From assembly GCF_000017845.1 (NCBI RefSeq), contig NC_010547.1, positions 120,001-152,000 of the forward strand: a stretch of 32,000 nucleotides of DNA, given 5' to 3'. This DNA is from Crocosphaera subtropica ATCC 51142 (GTDB lineage Bacteria; Cyanobacteriota; Cyanobacteriia; Cyanobacteriales; Microcystaceae). This document shows, piece by piece, positions 1 through 9,281 of the stretch. The translations under genes were made by a program, and so were the position numbers. The stretch's first letter is position 1. Each line of letters starts with the position of its first letter. The notes beneath the pieces were generated by a model. It saw only the letters and a program-made list of their open reading frames with translations. It had not been told where the DNA came from and ran no database searches.

Positions 1-128
1 AACAACTTGAACCGAAATATCAAGAATTCCTCCAAACCGTAGAATCAATCACTCCCAATTTCTACGATTTATTTGAAGCTTACAAAAGTCACTACTTAAG
101 CGAATTAAACAACGACCTCCCCTGGTAA
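1..128 (+). CDS. 3' end of an unidentified gene, truncated by the window edge
   Basis: Open frame from nt 3 (QLEPKYQEFLQTVESITPNFYDLFEAYKSHYLSELNNDLPW*) with TAA at 126-128, followed by a terminator hairpin. No family recognised. Confidence 0.4.
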   Translation, partial: QLEPKYQEFLQTVESITPNFYDLFEAYKSHYLSELNNDLPW

Positions 129-137
129 AACTTCCAT

Positions 138-162
138 GAGACCTAACTTGGTCTCTTTTTTT
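138..162 (+). terminator. Rho-independent terminator
   Basis: GAGACC (138-143), TAACTT loop, GGTCTC (150-155), then a run of seven T (156-162). It starts 10 nt after the stop codon. Confidence 0.65.
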
Positions 163-447
163 CTCATCGAATATGTATGGAACCTTTCAATAATGAGGGT
201 TAAGCTTTTATTTAGCAAGTCCTAATTATGGAACTGGGATTGCATGATGAGGTATTCGTTGCCAATCTCCTGATTCTAAGAGTTCGGCGAGTCCAACTTC
301 TAGTTGTTGGAAGGCTTGTGCAGTTTTGTTGGTCTTTTGCTCCATGAGGTCTAGGAAAATTTTTTGCTTTAGATCAGCGCGAAGCGCAACAATATCACCG
401 AAGATGCTACTCTTGAAAATAATAAAGATTATGAAAAAATAAAAATA

Positions 448-1086
448 ATGATTATTGGATTAGTCAACCAAAAAGGAGGGTGTGGCAAAAGCACCACAGC
501 AGCACATTTTGCCTATTGGCTTTCCATTTCTGGGTCTGTTATTTTAATTGATGCTGATTCTCAACAATCAAGTTCAACTTGGATATCTCGATTAGAATCA
601 GTGAAAATTCCTACTCAAGCGATTTTAGACCCTGAGCAATTATTTGAGACCATTGATACAATTTCAGATAAATATGATTCTATTGTTGTTGATGGTCCAG
701 CCGGATTAAGTGAAGTTACAAAATCGATTTTAGATGTCGTTGATCTCGCTTTAGTGCCATGTCAACCATCGGGGCTAGACCTTAGTAGTAGTAGTAAAAT
801 TCTTCAATTACTACGTCATCGACAAAAAGTTAGAAGAGGATTACCTAAAACTGGATTATTTCTGAGTCGAGCCGTCAAGGGAACTTTATTACTCAAAGAA
901 GCTACACAAGCATTAGGGGTTGATCCTCGATTTCCTTTACTCAAATCTATTATTTATCAAAGACAATGTATTGCCGATGCTCCTATTCAACAAAAGACTG
1001 TTTTTGGATTAAGTAGCTCAGCCGCTAAATCAGCAAGTACCGATTATCAAAATCTATTCCAGGAGGCTTTGAAAATCCTTGACTAA
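448..1086 (+). CDS. parA: ParA/Soj-family partition ATPase (small plasmid type)
   Basis: ATG start. Deviant Walker A NQKGGCGKSTT at the N-terminus, DADSQ and VVDGP motifs. 212 aa. Overlaps the downstream parB. Confidence 0.9.
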   Translation: MIIGLVNQKGGCGKSTTAAHFAYWLSISGSVILIDADSQQSSSTWISRLESVKIPTQAILDPEQLFETIDTISDKYDSIVVDGPAGLSEVTKSILDVVDLALVPCQPSGLDLSSSSKILQLLRHRQKVRRGLPKTGLFLSRAVKGTLLLKEATQALGVDPRFPLLKSIIYQRQCIADAPIQQKTVFGLSSSAAKSASTDYQNLFQEALKILD

Positions 1087-2020
1087 GACACAACATAGAC
1101 GGTCAGTGAGTGACTATTTATCTACATTACCAACTGAGCCTGAAACTGATTTACCCATTGAATTAATTTCTCTTGAAACCTCACAACCAAGACGTTATTT
1201 TGACCCAGAGAAGTTAGAACAACTAGCCGACTCTATCAGAAAATTTGGCATTATTGAACCCCTATTAGTCAGACAAAAAGGGTCTAGTTATTTCTTAGTT
1301 GCAGGAGAACGTCGCTACCGTGCAGCGAAAATGGCTGAACTGAAAACGGTACCCGTTGTTGTGAGAGAGTTATCTGATGAAGAAGCCTTGGCTGTAGCTC
1401 TGGTAGAGAACTTAGTTCGAGAAGACCTGAATCCTGTTGAGGAAACAGAGGGAATTCTTTGTTTACTGGCATTAGAGTTACAAATAAGTGTAGAAGAAGT
1501 CAAATCTTTATTGTATCGATTGGACAATGAGCAAAAGGGAAAAGCTACCAATAACGTTATTGGTAGCGAAAAACAAGCTCAGATTAAAAGCGTCTTTGAA
1601 GGCTTAGGACAAAGCTGGCAATCTTTTGTTAATAACCGGCTACCCTTGTTAAAATTACCGAATCGTATCCTCGAAGAAATTAGAAAAGGAACTATTGCTT
1701 ACACCAAAGCTAAAGCCATTAGTACCCTAAAAAACGAAGACCAGCAAAAAATATTGTTAGATGAGGCTATTGCCCAGGGTCTTTCTTTGACTGAGATTAA
1801 GCAGAGGATTAAGACGTTAAAAGAACAGCAACATAATAATAATGATGATGATGAAGAAAACTTGTTTAAACAACAGGTAAATAAAACGAATCTGTTGTTG
1901 AAAAAAGCTAAGCCTTTAAAAAATACTCGTCAACAAAAAAAATTGTTGAGGTTGCTCTCAGAAATTGAAACATTATTAACTAACACCGAAATATCTAAAG
2001 AGAAGGAGCTTGAAAAATGA
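1079..2020 (+). CDS. parB: ParB-like partition protein / nuclease-domain protein
   Basis: ParB N-terminal box (IIEPLLVR...LVAGERRYRAAKMA) and a Lys-rich C-terminus. No ATG is available: TTG at 1079 overlaps the parA stop, and GTG at 1106 is the alternative start. Confidence 0.85.
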   Translation: MTKTQHRRSVSDYLSTLPTEPETDLPIELISLETSQPRRYFDPEKLEQLADSIRKFGIIEPLLVRQKGSSYFLVAGERRYRAAKMAELKTVPVVVRELSDEEALAVALVENLVREDLNPVEETEGILCLLALELQISVEEVKSLLYRLDNEQKGKATNNVIGSEKQAQIKSVFEGLGQSWQSFVNNRLPLLKLPNRILEEIRKGTIAYTKAKAISTLKNEDQQKILLDEAIAQGLSLTEIKQRIKTLKEQQHNNNDDDEENLFKQQVNKTNLLLKKAKPLKNTRQQKKLLRLLSEIETLLTNTEISKEKELEK

Positions 2021-2322
2021 AAGTCGTTGCTGATATTTGCGTTATTCCGATGGGGGTTGGAGTTTCTGTTTCTGAGTATGTGGCTGTATGTCAAACCATT
2101 TTTACAGAAGCCAATCTCAATCCACAACTTCATGGATATGGCACTAATGTTGAAGGGGAATGGGATGAGGTGATGGCTGCCCTTAAACGTTGCCATGAAA
2201 AAATCCACGCTATGGGCAGTCCGAGAATTAGCACCTCGATTCGTCTAGGAACTCGTACTGATAGAGAACAAACCATCGCTGATAAGCTTGATAGTGTTAA
2301 TTCTAACCTAACTGGAATTTAG
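2017..2322 (+). CDS. MTH1187/YkoF-like protein (UPF0045/DUF77, thiamine-binding fold)
   Basis: MKVVADICVIPMGVG.SVSEYVA...GTNVEGEWDEVM...H matches the DUF77 pattern. Its ATG overlaps the parB TGA (ATGA). Confidence 0.8.
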   Translation: MKVVADICVIPMGVGVSVSEYVAVCQTIFTEANLNPQLHGYGTNVEGEWDEVMAALKRCHEKIHAMGSPRISTSIRLGTRTDREQTIADKLDSVNSNLTGI

Positions 2323-2460
2323 ACTAGATATTTTTCTAAATCTTTCTATGAAGAGTTAATTGGTGAAGATTCAAGGGCAATAGTTTCGTTTGTTATTAAA
2401 ATAATAAAAGAGAAACCTTATACAAAATAGTATTTTAACTATTGTTTTAAAACTTATTAG

Positions 2461-3090
2461 ATGAAAATATTACTGATTCATGGTCTTAGTCGAACTCCCT
2501 TATCCCTAGCGAACCTGGAGTGGTACTTACAACAAAAAGGAGCGAAAACTGAACAGTTTGCTTATCTTGCCTTTGCAGAAACATTTGAAAAAATTGTTGA
2601 ACGTTTGAGGGAGCATCTTCAAACCTTAGGCCAGCAAGGATCTTATGGAGTGGTAGCGCACTCCCTTGGCGGATTATTAATGCGTGCAGCCTTGGGAATA
2701 ACTTCCTTGGAGCGGCCACAACACATCGTCATGTTAGGGACACCTAATCAACCCCCTCGTCTAGCGAGCTATGCTTGGCGAGTACCTCCCTTTCAATGGT
2801 GGACGGGACAATGTGGATTTAACCTCACCAATCATGACTTTTTTGCCTCCCTGCCGAAACTTGACTCTCCTTACACCATTGTGGCAGGAACAGGCGGACC
2901 GAGAGGATTTTGGAATCCTTTTGGAAACGAACTTAACGACGGTATTGTGGCTGTGAGTGAAACCTTATTATCTGATTTTGATAACGTTATTCAATTACCG
3001 GTCTGGCATACCTTTATGATGAATGATCCCACGGTTCAACAGACAGTAGCACAAGCTTTATGTTTAGGAGAGGCAGGGGTTAAAGTTTGA
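2461..3090 (+). CDS. alpha/beta-fold hydrolase (esterase/lipase-like)
   Basis: N-terminal ILLIHGL, nucleophile elbow AHSLGG, and late D and H candidates. 209 aa. Confidence 0.75.
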   Translation: MKILLIHGLSRTPLSLANLEWYLQQKGAKTEQFAYLAFAETFEKIVERLREHLQTLGQQGSYGVVAHSLGGLLMRAALGITSLERPQHIVMLGTPNQPPRLASYAWRVPPFQWWTGQCGFNLTNHDFFASLPKLDSPYTIVAGTGGPRGFWNPFGNELNDGIVAVSETLLSDFDNVIQLPVWHTFMMNDPTVQQTVAQALCLGEAGVKV

Positions 3091-4000
3091 GACAAGCTCT
3101 TTCTTCTTCAATCACTAATTGGTCTAGTTCCTTTTGCATCGTATCAACCACTTGACGGTAGCATTGGTGAACGTACTCTCGATCATGGGAAGCTGACTGG
3201 CCGTATCGCTCAAAGATAATCGGTGGACAGACGCGAGTATGTAATTTCAGGGGAAACGGAATATTGGGCAATGGACCGATAGCCACTCCCCAAGGCCAAC
3301 CCAAGTAAATAGGAAAAACCCCCGGATCGATTCCTCCCAACCAAGGCATTCCCCAACGGTGCAGTTGTTGCAATTGGGGGTAAATATCCTCCAGCACAAT
3401 TAATGTCGAATGAGCGCCATAAGAAATAAAGGGGATAATGGTCACGTCTTCTTGGAGGGCTAGTTGAATAAACCCTCGATGTCCTTGAAAATTAATGCAA
3501 TGTCGTAAGTGATAAGGTCGAAAGACATCTTTAGCCCCACCGGGATAGATTAAAAGGGCTGCCCCTCGACGTAGTGCTGTTCTGGCGAGTCTGGGAGTTG
3601 GTTGGAGCGTCCCCACTTGAGTCGCCAACCGTGCCAATCCAGGGAGAAATTGCCAAATTCGACGATCCATCAGAGCATAAGCCAGTCGTTCTGTGCCAAA
3701 TTGTCGAAACCAATCATAGGTCATCATCACGGTATCCGGTGCGGCCAATCCCCCATTGTGAGAACCAATTAAGAGAACTTTTCCGTTTTTGGGAATGTAT
3801 TCCCAGCCATCGGTTTGCACACGAAAATAATGTTGATAAATCCAGCCAAAAAATGGCATTAATTGTTCAATAATCTGAGGATTTCGTTCCTCCAAAGAAA
3901 GTCCTGTCAGGGTATGAGGGGGAGCTTTGGACGCTTTGAGATATAAATTCAGAAAAACAATGATCGACGACATTAGATCCAGTGATTGTTTAAATTTCAT
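3080..4000 (-). CDS. LPLAT-superfamily acyltransferase, DGAT2/MGAT-like (resembles Synechocystis slr2103-type enzymes)
   Basis: YFRVQTDGWEYIPKNGKVLLIGSHNGGLAAPD and IYPGGAKD blocks are typical of this acyltransferase group. Its start overlaps the upstream ADH stop by 4 nt. Confidence 0.65.
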   Translation of the reverse strand: MKFKQSLDLMSSIIVFLNLYLKASKAPPHTLTGLSLEERNPQIIEQLMPFFGWIYQHYFRVQTDGWEYIPKNGKVLLIGSHNGGLAAPDTVMMTYDWFRQFGTERLAYALMDRRIWQFLPGLARLATQVGTLQPTPRLARTALRRGAALLIYPGGAKDVFRPYHLRHCINFQGHRGFIQLALQEDVTIIPFISYGAHSTLIVLEDIYPQLQQLHRWGMPWLGGIDPGVFPIYLGWPWGVAIGPLPNIPFPLKLHTRVCPPIIFERYGQSASHDREYVHQCYRQVVDTMQKELDQLVIEEERACLKL

Positions 4001-4983
4001 GGGACTAAGACCGCTGCTCCTTTTATCTTTCCTTGTCGTAAGCAGTCTAAGGCAACATTTGCTTGTGTGAGAGGAAAAGAAGACACCTGGGTTTGGATGG
4101 GAATTTGTCTGGCTAAAGCGAAAAAATCTTCTCCATCTTGGCGAGTCAAATTAGCAACAGAGCGTAGAACCCGTTCTTGCCACAAAATTTGGTAAGGAAA
4201 CGAAGGAATATCACTCATGTGGATGCCAGCACAAACGACCACACCCCCAGGGACAACAGCTTTTAAAGCCACAGGAACTAATGCTCCAACAGGGGCAAAA
4301 ATAATCGCTCCATCAAGACTGTCTGGAGGGGATTGCTCTGACCCCCCAGCCCACACTGCTCCAAGGGAGCGGGCAAAGTCTTGCCCAAGATCATCCCCAG
4401 GACGAGTAAAAGCATACACTTGTCGTCCTTGATGACGGGCCACTTGAAGGAGAATATGAGATGCCGCACCGAACCCGTAAAAGCCGATTTTTTCGCCATC
4501 TCCGACTAAACGATAGGAACGATAACCAATTAATCCAGCACACAGTAGGGGAGCGACTTCTAAGTCAGAATAACGTTTGGGAATCGCAAAACAAAACTGT
4601 TCATTGGCCACAGTGTATTCTGCGTAGCCTCCATCTAAGTGATACCCAGTAAATCTGGCTTGCTCACAAAGATTTTCCTGCTGAGTCCGACAGTAACGAC
4701 AATGTTGACAAGTGCCTCCCAACCAAGGGACTCCTACTCGTTCCCCCAGAGAAAATCTCTTCACCCCTTTTCCCACGGCTTCGACGGTTCCCACAATTTC
4801 ATGTCCTAAAATTAAGGGAAATTTAGCCTGAGTTAATTCTCCATCGACAATATGTAAATCCGTACGACAGACCCCACAAGCTTGTATTTTGAGCAACAGT
4901 TGTTTGTCGTCTGGTTGAGGAATAGGACGTAATTCAAGACGTAGTTTCTCTTTAGCTGCTTCCAAAACCATCGCTCGCATCAT
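3997..4983 (-). CDS. Zn-dependent medium-chain alcohol dehydrogenase
   Basis: GVCRTDLH, GHEIVG and a CxxCxxC structural-Zn cluster (CQHCRYCR), plus a GFGAA Rossmann motif. The ORF track starts at TTG 5004. I prefer ATG 4983 (or 4980), which has GGAGG 8 nt upstream and gives the typical MRAMVLE N-terminus. Confidence 0.85.
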   Translation of the reverse strand: MMRAMVLEAAKEKLRLELRPIPQPDDKQLLLKIQACGVCRTDLHIVDGELTQAKFPLILGHEIVGTVEAVGKGVKRFSLGERVGVPWLGGTCQHCRYCRTQQENLCEQARFTGYHLDGGYAEYTVANEQFCFAIPKRYSDLEVAPLLCAGLIGYRSYRLVGDGEKIGFYGFGAASHILLQVARHQGRQVYAFTRPGDDLGQDFARSLGAVWAGGSEQSPPDSLDGAIIFAPVGALVPVALKAVVPGGVVVCAGIHMSDIPSFPYQILWQERVLRSVANLTRQDGEDFFALARQIPIQTQVSSFPLTQANVALDCLRQGKIKGAAVLVP

Positions 4984-5095
4984 CTGTTTGACCTCCATTG
5001 CCAATTCTCTCCCTCAAAATGTTTCAGTCTTTCTGGTTCTGACTATTTTTCAAGGGAGAGGCCATCTTGAATCTGGGAAATTTACGAGCTTGTCT

Positions 5096-5293
5096 TTAAA
5101 CCAATGTCCTAGACAGTCGGAACGCCCAGACAGTTAAAATCCCTGCTATGATAATTGCTCCTACAGAGAGAACAAATGGCACAGTCCATGCTCCTACGAT
5201 TGCTGGCCATTGAAATATAATTCTCAACAAATGTAACAATCCAATCAAGGCAAAGATGACACCCGAAATAATTAAATATAGTTTTTCAGTCAT
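5096..5293 (-). CDS. small two-TM membrane protein, unknown function
   Basis: Hydrophobic 65 aa product. ATG 5293 is preceded by GGAGG at 8 nt, whereas the track start at 5308 is TTG. Confidence 0.45.
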   Translation of the reverse strand: MTEKLYLIISGVIFALIGLLHLLRIIFQWPAIVGAWTVPFVLSVGAIIIAGILTVWAFRLSRTLV

Positions 5294-5474
5294 GGTTCTT
5301 TCCTCCAATTCTTCGCTCTTCTCGCGAGAAAGAACTCCTTAGTTTTATTGTAGCAATTTCATCATTAAAGATACTAATTAAACGAAACAGAAAAAGATAT
5401 CCTCAGATTAGGATAGAATATCTTTAAGGATGAGTTGAGCCAAAAAAATTTGTTTAAAGATATCAAGCTTAAAA

Positions 5475-6431
5475 ATGAGAACAGTTATTATCTCAGGGGC
5501 AAACAATGGATTGGGTTATGCTTGTGCAAAAGAACTAGCGTTGAACAAAGATATCTATCTTGTCCTTGCTTGTCGTGATAATGAGAAGGCCACAAAAGCT
5601 GTCGAAAAACTTAAAAATACAACCAAAAACAACCAGATTGAATATATTTGTCTTGACTTAGCTTCTTTACAGTCAGTTCGTCAATTTGAAGCTAAATTCG
5701 CACAAAAAAATCTGCCCCCGTTAGGAATAATTATCTGTAACGCTGGAGTGCAGTTTATTCAAAGACGAACATATACAGACGATGGGATGGAAACTACGTT
5801 TGCGGTGAATCACTTGGGGCATTTTTTACTGGTTAATCTTCTTTTAAAGCATTTAAAACCACCAGGAAGAATTATTTTTGTCAGTAGCGATACTCATGAT
5901 CCAAGTAAAATAACAGGGATGCCACCCCCGAATTTTCAAGACCCAAATTTACTAGCACGCCCCGAATTAGACCCAACGCTCAAAGATAAAGGTGTTTCGG
6001 ATCTTGGTCGAATTGCCTACACCACCTCGAAGCTTTGCAATATTCTGTGTGCTTACGAATTATCGCGTCGTCTCGACAAACAGAGATTAAGCACAGAGGA
6101 ACATCCCATTACGGTCAATGTGTTCACTCCGGGGTTAATGCCAGGAACCGGCTTGGCGCAGGATTATCCCCCTTTAGCGAAAATAGTCTGGGATTATATT
6201 CTTCCTCTTTTTAGTTTTTTTCCAAAAATTAATACTCCACAACAATCTGGACGAGCTTTAGCAAGGCTGGTTGAAGATCCTCAGTTGAAAAATGTAACGG
6301 GAAAATATTTTAGTGGTTTACAGATGATTGAGTCTTCACAAGAATCTTATGATGTTGAAAAAGCGCAACAACTATGGGATAAAAGTGTAGAACTCGTAGG
6401 ACTCCGGAAAGACAAACTAATTGTCCAATAA
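5475..6431 (+). CDS. short-chain dehydrogenase/reductase (SDR) family oxidoreductase
   Basis: ISGANNGLG cofactor motif, NAG, and YxxSK (YTTSK). 318 aa. Confidence 0.8.
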   Translation: MRTVIISGANNGLGYACAKELALNKDIYLVLACRDNEKATKAVEKLKNTTKNNQIEYICLDLASLQSVRQFEAKFAQKNLPPLGIIICNAGVQFIQRRTYTDDGMETTFAVNHLGHFLLVNLLLKHLKPPGRIIFVSSDTHDPSKITGMPPPNFQDPNLLARPELDPTLKDKGVSDLGRIAYTTSKLCNILCAYELSRRLDKQRLSTEEHPITVNVFTPGLMPGTGLAQDYPPLAKIVWDYILPLFSFFPKINTPQQSGRALARLVEDPQLKNVTGKYFSGLQMIESSQESYDVEKAQQLWDKSVELVGLRKDKLIVQ

Positions 6432-6443
6432 GGTGACAAAAAA

Positions 6444-6644
6444 ATGCCAAAATCTCGTGACCCCCTCGATCCAACTGTTCGCCAAGAATGGCTATCAAAA
6501 ATTGAGCTTGCTAATCGAAATAACATTTTGTGCCACTGTCGCCTTTGTGGATGGGAATGGGTCGATTCTAGTTTCGAGGTTAAATGTCGATGTGGCAGTA
6601 CAAACGTTGAGACAATCTCTTGTTGGCAATTTCCTGATGGTTAA
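6444..6644 (+). CDS. small Cys-rich (zinc-ribbon-like) protein
   Basis: CHCRLCG...CRCGS cysteine pairs. 66 aa with an ATG start. Preferred over the overlapping 6421..6741 frame. Confidence 0.5.
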   Translation: MPKSRDPLDPTVRQEWLSKIELANRNNILCHCRLCGWEWVDSSFEVKCRCGSTNVETISCWQFPDG

Positions 6645-6668
6645 AAGTTACAAGTTAGATTCAGTAGA

Positions 6669-6858
6669 GCGATCACCCATGAACAGAAATAAACGCACTC
6701 AAGTAACACTCAGCCAAATGCTCCAATTAAGTTCGAGTTAGTCTTATTAAGTTGTAATTTCGTGTTTGTTACAGTTATTAGGAAAAATCGGAACGCTTGA
6801 GCAGATGAGATTTCCTGACAAAGTATGATTATGATAACCCCCCTTGATCTGACTAAGT
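6669..6858 (+). repeat. dispersed repeat, copy A
   Basis: Aligns with 9282-9445 in several long identical blocks: ttaagttcgagttagt, acgcttgagcaga, aaagtatgattatgataacccc, cttgatctga. There are a few indels. Confidence 0.75.
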
Positions 6859-6981
6859 AAAAAATTAGCCAATTTATGAAAACAGTCAATAAAGGTTATT
6901 TTTAGTCCGTTTAACAGTTGTTTTTTCTCCACTTACCCCCTATGATAATTGCTGTTCCTTCGTTAAAAACAAAATTTTATC

Positions 6982-7359
6982 ATGGCTGTAACTTCCCACG
7001 ACAACGAAAGAGAACAGCGAATCATCAACGAAATTATCGTTGATACTTACAATGGACATGAAGAGCGAATGGGGTGGTACTGCTATCTGGAGGATAATCT
7101 GAATCAGCCTTTTGGAGCTGTATGGGATGGAGCCAATGTAGAAGTTGTGGCTATGTCCTCTAAAGAGGAATGTGAACAGGAAATGAGGGTCGATGTTCGT
7201 TATACCGAAGGACAAAACCAGGATGTTTTCTCTGTTTCTTTATCTGAGATTGAGCCTGTGGATAGCGATGAGATGACCACTGAAGCGATCGCTGATTGGA
7301 AATACTGGGTGGAAAGGGGTTATGATTTCAGTGATGATGGGGAAGATGAGTTTTTCTAA
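6982..7359 (+). CDS. acidic conserved hypothetical protein
   Basis: ATG start, 125 aa. The pattern IVDTY..EERMGWYCYLEDNL..PF...VEVV.M...EC..EM is reminiscent of a widespread small bacterial family sometimes annotated as calcium-binding. That link is from memory only. Confidence 0.55.
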   Translation: MAVTSHDNEREQRIINEIIVDTYNGHEERMGWYCYLEDNLNQPFGAVWDGANVEVVAMSSKEECEQEMRVDVRYTEGQNQDVFSVSLSEIEPVDSDEMTTEAIADWKYWVERGYDFSDDGEDEFF

Positions 7360-7685
7360 AGTTTGATTATGATATTCTAGGAAAAAGTCTTATTCATAAG
7401 TTGAAATTGACTAATTTTCATCAAAACAATTTCTACAGATATTAGATTGTTGTTCTTGGTGGTTTTCTTTCCATAAAACATCAACAACAACTGTGCCGAT
7501 TAAAATAAGTGTTAAAGAAATAATTTCCATCTCTGATTCAAGGGGATTTAATAAGGATCTGATTTCTGACAACCATTACATACATAGTGTAAGGGTTAAT
7601 AGGTAATGTGATCTTCCTCCAGTTGGGGGAATCAATCAGATCAACTGAAATGGTGTTTTCTCTGTACTTACTAAAAATTCCTCTT

Positions 7686-7946
7686 ATGGCTAAACCCAAT
7701 AAGCGCAAAATTACGACAAAAAGAGAAGAAATTGATGAGATAGAATCTCAGGAAGATTTGTTAATTCGACAAGAGAATACTTGGAGAAATCACTCCACTG
7801 TCTATGATGAAATTCGAGAAGATTGTCGCCTTGATTCTCTCGACAATTTAGGCAATGTTCATTATCAGCACCCTGACGGCGACTATCTCTGTGAAGTTGA
7901 GGATATCAGTGAAGATTACCTTGACTATTTGCTAGGATACGAATGA
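7686..7946 (+). CDS. acidic hypothetical protein
   Basis: Open frame 7608-7946. ATG 7686 (MAKPNKRK...) is preferred over GTG 7608. No family recognised. Confidence 0.4.
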   Translation: MAKPNKRKITTKREEIDEIESQEDLLIRQENTWRNHSTVYDEIREDCRLDSLDNLGNVHYQHPDGDYLCEVEDISEDYLDYLLGYE

Positions 7947-7963
7947 ATTTTTGCTATGAACTA

Positions 7964-7986
7964 CCCCACGTCATAGGACGATGGGG
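7964..7986. terminator. possible bidirectional hairpin between convergent genes
   Basis: CCCCACGTC-ATAG-GACGATGGGG imperfect stem followed by TTTC. It lies between the stops at 7946 (+) and 8042 (-). Confidence 0.35.
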
Positions 7987-8041
7987 TTTCTAGTTTCGTT
8001 GGATGCCGCATTACCTTGGTCTTTCGTCCTCGGTTCTGACT

Positions 8042-8455
8042 TCATGACAAAGGGGTTCCAAAATTAACCGTCCAGTAATGAAAATAATTAACTTGTCCGA
8101 TATCATTAGAATTATATTGATGTCCAATGCCGATTTCTGTAAAATCATCACTTAAAATGTTGGCACGATGTCCACTACTTCCCATCCAAGCTGCTACAAC
8201 TGATTCTGGTGTGGTAAAACCAGCTGCAATATTTTCCCCCGCAGCTTGATAAGAATAACCCTGATCCATCATCCTCTCAAATGGAGTAGAGCCATCTATT
8301 CCTTCATGGCTAAAAAAATCATCATTAGCCATACTTTCAGAATGATATTCGGCCGCCATTACTAATTGTTCATCAATCCTTAAAGGGTCTAAATTGTTCT
8401 CGGCTCTTTCTTGGTTAATTAGCTCAAAAACACTACGCTCAAATTCAGAAATCAT
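8042..8455 (-). CDS. CAP/SCP (YkwD-like) domain protein
   Basis: NQERAENNLDPL...HS..M...FFSH...AGENIA...WM.S.GHR.NIL signature. 137 aa with no N-terminal signal peptide. Confidence 0.85.
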   Translation of the reverse strand: MISEFERSVFELINQERAENNLDPLRIDEQLVMAAEYHSESMANDDFFSHEGIDGSTPFERMMDQGYSYQAAGENIAAGFTTPESVVAAWMGSSGHRANILSDDFTEIGIGHQYNSNDIGQVNYFHYWTVNFGTPLS

Positions 8456-8914
8456 GACGGGCTAACTCCTGTAACTAAAAACTTTTCTAGCTCACAAGCT
8501 AAGAGAATAAAATCAAAAACTAGATAACCCACTTGTCGCGTTTTCCTATTAAGGGTAATTGTTAATATGACTTAGTTTTACGTTAACTGGCGTGTCGTTC
8601 ATTTTTCGTTGATGGCATTCGTGGCGATCGCCCACTGCTTTCCCATGATTCTTTCCCCGTTCGGCAAGGTAAAGTGCTGAGGACTATCTTCGAACTGTTA
8701 TAGCTATTTGTACTTAAACTTGAGTTATGCTACTATTAATTCCAACAAATAACATTCAGTTATTCGTGGTGTGAGAGTGGATCGGATAAAAAGCACTTGG
8801 GGTCGAAACACGGCAAGACTCCCAGGTGCTTTTTTGCGAAATCGGGAAATATTGGGGAGCCATCTCACGCAAGTGCAAGCTAAGATGGAAAAAAGTAAGG
8901 ATTTTATTGTGGTG

Positions 8915-9262
8915 ATGAGAGTGTCGAAAAAGTGGTCAGTAGGTATGGGGCTAATCCTGATAGGGATTTTTGCTATGACTCCATTATCCATAGCAAAAGC
9001 GACGGAAGAATCTGCAGTCGCCAATGAGGAAACGGATTTTGAGCCATTGCAACAGGGTGGCATTGGGTCGGGTATCTCTGAGAGCCTTAACCCTTGGGAA
9101 GTAGAAGAGCAAAGGGAAAATGATTACGAATATCCCTTGGAAGCAGAGTCAACTAGGACAAATCAAAATCTGGCTCCTAATAGCTCAGACAATAACTGGT
9201 TTAATAGTGACACAAACAATCCCAGACAAAGGAGTGGAACTATCCCCTTTATCAGATTTTAA
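8915..9262 (+). CDS. secreted hypothetical protein
   Basis: In-frame ATG 8915 gives MRVSKKWSVGMGLILIGIFAMTPLSIAKA, a signal-peptide-like N-terminus. The track start, GTG 8771, is less likely. Confidence 0.45.
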   Translation: MRVSKKWSVGMGLILIGIFAMTPLSIAKATEESAVANEETDFEPLQQGGIGSGISESLNPWEVEEQRENDYEYPLEAESTRTNQNLAPNSSDNNWFNSDTNNPRQRSGTIPFIRF

Positions 9263-9281
9263 AACTATTGAGAATCGATTT

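Noticed and set aside
226-345. 39-codon minus-strand ORF (MEQKTNKTAQAFQQLEVGLAELLESGDWQRIPHHAIPVP) that loosely recalls the N-terminal region of ArdC-like/DUF1738 plasmid proteins
   Set aside because: The resemblance rests on a few residues recalled from memory. The ORF is short and ends where homology should continue. At most it is a gene remnant, and a tblastn search is needed.
1284-4652. Track ORFs antisense to or out of frame with parB, the hydrolase, the acyltransferase and the ADH (1284..1472, 1315..1551, 1930..2208, 2486..2719, 2771..2956, 3531..3713, 3574..3873, 3986..4195, 4217..4432, 4278..4499, 4461..4652)
   Set aside because: All lie inside longer ORFs that have clear family motifs. 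Their products are low-complexity or Ser/Pro/Arg-rich shadow translations.
6421-6741. 106-aa + strand ORF overlapping the 66-aa zinc-ribbon ORF and running into repeat copy A
   Set aside because: Its 3' half is encoded by the dispersed repeat, whose other copy does not keep this frame. The 66-aa Cys-paired ORF is the more credible gene. The same reasoning applies to 6747..6932 (-), whose counterpart in copy B is cut by a stop and a frameshift.
8725-9063. 112-aa minus-strand ORF overlapping the signal-peptide ORF
   Set aside because: It overlaps the + strand ORF, which has a plausible signal peptide. Neither is strongly supported, and I kept only the + strand call at low confidence.
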